Source: Macrostomum hystrix
Lineage: Eukaryota; Animalia; Platyhelminthes
Direction: 5' to 3'
Assembly (NCBI GenBank): GCA_950097015.1
Contig: CATNEN010000003.1
Location: 11,656,001 to 11,720,000 of the forward strand
Length of the DNA: 64,000 bases
In this document: positions 60,801 to 64,000 of the stretch, piece after piece
Layout: each line of letters opens with the position of its first letter
Numbering within the stretch: the stretch's first letter is position 1
Translations under genes and position numbers: made by a program
Notes under the pieces: generated by a model
Seen by the model: only the letters and a program-made list of their open reading frames with translations
Databases searched by the model: none
Told to the model about the DNA's origin: nothing

Positions 60801-61331
60801 AGATCGATGGTCACTGGCCTAAATTTCGATGGTCACTGGCCTGAAGATCGATAGTCACTGGCCTGAAGTTCGATAGTCACTGGCCTGAAGTTCGATAGGC
60901 ACTGGCCTGAAGTTCGATTGTCATTGGCCTGAGGAGGTAAGACTCACTCAAAAGGCACGAGCCTGAAGTTCGATAGTCGCTTGCCTGAAGTTCGATGGTC
61001 ACTGGCCTTAGGAGGTATGACTCACTCACAAAGCACGAGCCAGACTTCTATGGCCACTGGCCTAAACTTCGATGGTCACTGGCCTGAAAATCGATAGTCA
61101 CTGGCCTGAAGTTCGATAGTCACTGGCCTGAAGTTCGATGGTCACTGGCCTGAGGAGGTAGGACTCAGTCATTCGTCTGAAGTTCGATAGTCATTCGTCT
61201 GAAATTCGATAGTCATTCGTCTGAAGTTCGATAGTCATTCGTCTGAAGTTCAATGATCACTGGCCTGAGGAGGTACGACTCACTCAAAAGGCACGAGCCT
61301 GAAGTTCGATGGTCACGGGCCTGAAGTTCGA
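57900..61331. repeat. Composite 22-bp satellite, copy 2, expanded with higher-order duplications
   Basis: A ~0.84-kb block is repeated (about 57940 and 58780), and a ~0.38-kb block is repeated near 60270 and 60650. Confidence 0.92.
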
Positions 61332-61646
61332 TTTTAAGTTTGCGCAAATAACGGATTGCGGCATCGGAGCTGCGGGATTTGAGGCCTTTAAGAGATTTGA
61401 AGAGATAAGATATTTCATAACTCTTTTTCGTCGCTTTACAGTCGATGATAGAATTACTGTAAAAATGTATCTTCTGGTTTGCTTTTGCTTGAATTGTCTA
61501 TTTGGTATCCAAGTTAGGGTCACAAACACACACAGCACCTGCGGCACTTTGATCCACAACAAGTTTTTCTTGGAATACAGGTTGAATCTGACCCTCCTCA
61601 ATTTGTATCCTCAATTGCGTATTCACCTTTTCTGCAAAATCAATCT

Positions 61647-61828
61647 AGTCCAATGATCACTTGATAGTCCAATGATCACTTGATAGTCCAATGATCACTT
61701 AATAGTCCAATGATCACTTGATATTTCAATGATCACTTGATAGTCCAATGATCACTTGATAGTCCAATGATCACTTGATAGTCCAATGATCACTTGATAG
61801 TCCAAGGCTCACTTGATAGTCCAATGAT
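61647..61828. repeat. 19-bp minisatellite, copy 2
   Basis: Same unit as 16907-17167. Confidence 0.94.
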
Positions 61829-61841
61829 TATATTCAGTGCT

Positions 61842-63451
61842 TTACTCGTTCGATTTTCGCTTTCTCTGCAGCCTTTTTGCCTTTTTCTGCGGCTGCTCCT
61901 CGCCAGGTCTCTCAATATCTTGGTCTTGGCGATCTTCACCTTGGTCTTGGCGATCTTCACCTTGGTCTTGGCGATCTTCACCTTGGTCTTGGCGATCTTC
62001 ACCTTGGTCTTGCCGATCTTCACCTTGACTTCTCAGCCTCTCAATCTTCTGCTGCATCCACCCCGGCAGCCGGCACAGCTCGTGAGTGATTCTTCTGCGT
62101 AGCCGCCGCAGCAGCTCCAGATCGCCGCAGATCGCCGCAGCAACCAGCAGCTCCTGCTCATCCGCATCTTCCCTCTGAGCCACATCTCGTATCCAGTCCT
62201 GATCGCTCCCGTCTCCTGCACCTGTCAGCTCATTGCGAAGAGCCCGCAGCAGAGCGTCAAAGTTCATGTATAAGTATGTGCCGTAGTTCTCCATCCGCAG
62301 CGGAAAGCAGTCGGCAAAGACTTCGTGCTCAATCGGCAGCTTCGGTCGCTCGTCAAACACAAAGCAGAATTTCCAGGCGGAGTCTCGGCTCCTCAGGTGC
62401 TGCCACACAAAGTCCGCAGTGGCCTCACTCGCCGACCTCTCAACTCCCCAATCGATGCCTCTGCTCGCACTGAACGGCCCGCAGTCGCTCACAACTCTCG
62501 CTGCAGTGAGTCGGTCGCCAAACTTCAGGCAGGCCAGCGCTCTGAGAGACTGCCGCGCTGATCGGGCGCAGTCTGGCAGTTTGTTGATCAGCTCTGCGAG
62601 ACTCTCTCGGGACTGCTGGCTGCGGTCTCCATCGGACAGACGACGCACCGACTCTCTCACAATGTCATAGATCTCGTGGAACTCGCATGTCTTGGCTTTT
62701 GACACGGGTCGGTCAATTAGAGTCGGCAGGATGAGGAACGGGTGGAAGTGGAATCGGCCCGAGTCGGTGACGGGTCGCAGACTGTCCTCGAACTGCAACA
62801 GCAGCTGAGGCAGCTCAGCCATGGCGCCTCTCAATGCACCGGCTGCCCGATTCAACGCTTCGCTCACTCTCTTAGCTGATGTGGGCGACTTCAAGCCTTT
62901 CAGGTACACAGCAGCATCGCTCAGGAAGAAGTGCTCCAGGATCCGACCGTCAGGTGTGTCTGATCTGCAGCCGCTCTCCACACCGTCAAGCAGCATCTGC
63001 AGCGAGTGTCTCGTGAGACTCACGAGATTCTCCGGCTTCCACTGCTCAGCCGGTGTCTCCTCCAGCATTCGGAACGTGACGGTCTTTGCGTGATAGGACT
63101 TGAAGCCGACGTTTGAGATCTTCTTCTTCAGCAGCCACTTGAGTGTGACGAACAGCTGGCCTTGCAGAGTGCTGAGACTCCGCAGCAGTCGCCTCTCCAG
63201 GAAGCTGCTGCTCACTCGGAGCTGCTGGCCCCCCATTCCGGGAGGAGCTGCGTGCACCACGTGACAGGGCGATGAGGCAGAGGTGAGGTCTCGCTGGAGT
63301 GACTGCAGCACGGACTGGGGGATGTTGGACTTGGAGACTCTTGGTGGCTGCAGCGGCGCGATGGGAGGGTAGCGACAGAGGCGACGGGCGGTGACTCGGT
63401 CCACAGCCGGTCTCAGGGTGGAGCCATTCAGAGTGTAGGCTGGGTTGGAGG
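61842..63451 (-). CDS. Mab-21/cGAS-like C-terminal exon, copy 2 (open frame; upstream exons beyond the window)
   Basis: Acceptor TTTCTCCAG|CC at 63452; uninterrupted frame with [24 protein letters not shown] and LEHFFL. Confidence 0.9.
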
Positions 63452-64000
63452 CTGGAGAAATTGGAAATGCGAGAAATATGGAAAATGCCATCAGATTTCA
63501 AGTTGATAGACACAAAATATTTCTCGATAATCTAAACAGGAAAAAATAGAGCAAAGATGGTTTGTAGCTGCGATTTATGAAAATTTAGTGCAGACTAGAA
63601 ACTTTTGCCCCCTACGGAGGGGAGCAGGTGCACGATTATTTTCAATTCTTCCTTGCTTCTTTAGATTCTTATGGGTATTTTTCCTGAGCACTGTATACAG
63701 CTCTTCAGTCCATGTATTGGGGAGGTCACCAGCTCACTCAAATTTCTACTGTAGCCTTCAGCTGGCTGAACTGAATAAATACGAGGTTATGATTCTAGCT
63801 CTTGGACAAGCATCGTTTCCTCAGGCTGAGATTCGAACTCCCGGCGTCTCTGCCAGAAGCTTCCAAGCTGTACTAAAAATATTTATTGCATAAGAGTGGA
63901 TTCATTCAACTTAGAAAGTGAAATTTTACTTAAGAGGGACCACGAAAAATGATATAAATAAGTTAGAACTCCTTGAGTGTCAAGTTACAATGTGACTATT

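Larger units (their letters stand above)
38197..64000 (+). repeat. Segmental duplication, copy 2
   Basis: See copy 1. The offset varies from ~39.8 to ~44.7 kb because the minisatellite arrays differ in length. Confidence 0.95.

Overview
Eukaryotic, intron-containing and very repeat-rich invertebrate DNA. The gene style and the Mab-21 family resemble the flatworm Macrostomum, but that is inference only. The window is dominated by a recent direct segmental duplication: 1..~19330 recurs at ~38200..64000. Contents: (1) a divergent multi-exon SLC1A/EAAT-like transporter gene on the - strand, whose introns hold minisatellites and a full-length Ty3/Gypsy element, plus an intact LOA-like APE-RT-RNase H LINE and a MITE in the part seen only in copy 2; (2) a second, decayed SLC1A paralogue; (3) cGAS-like/Mab-21 nucleotidyltransferase (cGLR) genes. 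The best candidate for a new system is a three-exon gene at 23851->17180 (-). It joins a signal-peptide-like N-terminus and about 10 near-identical 99-bp ankyrin repeats, which vary mainly at a three-residue beta-hairpin site, in frame to a cGAS-like enzyme. Its enzyme exon differs between the duplicates roughly ten times more than the neighbouring retrotransposon does. The LINE 5' UTR also carries a tandem ~98-nt repeat with compensatory base changes and a strong splice acceptor just before ORF1. All exon boundaries and counts were derived by eye.
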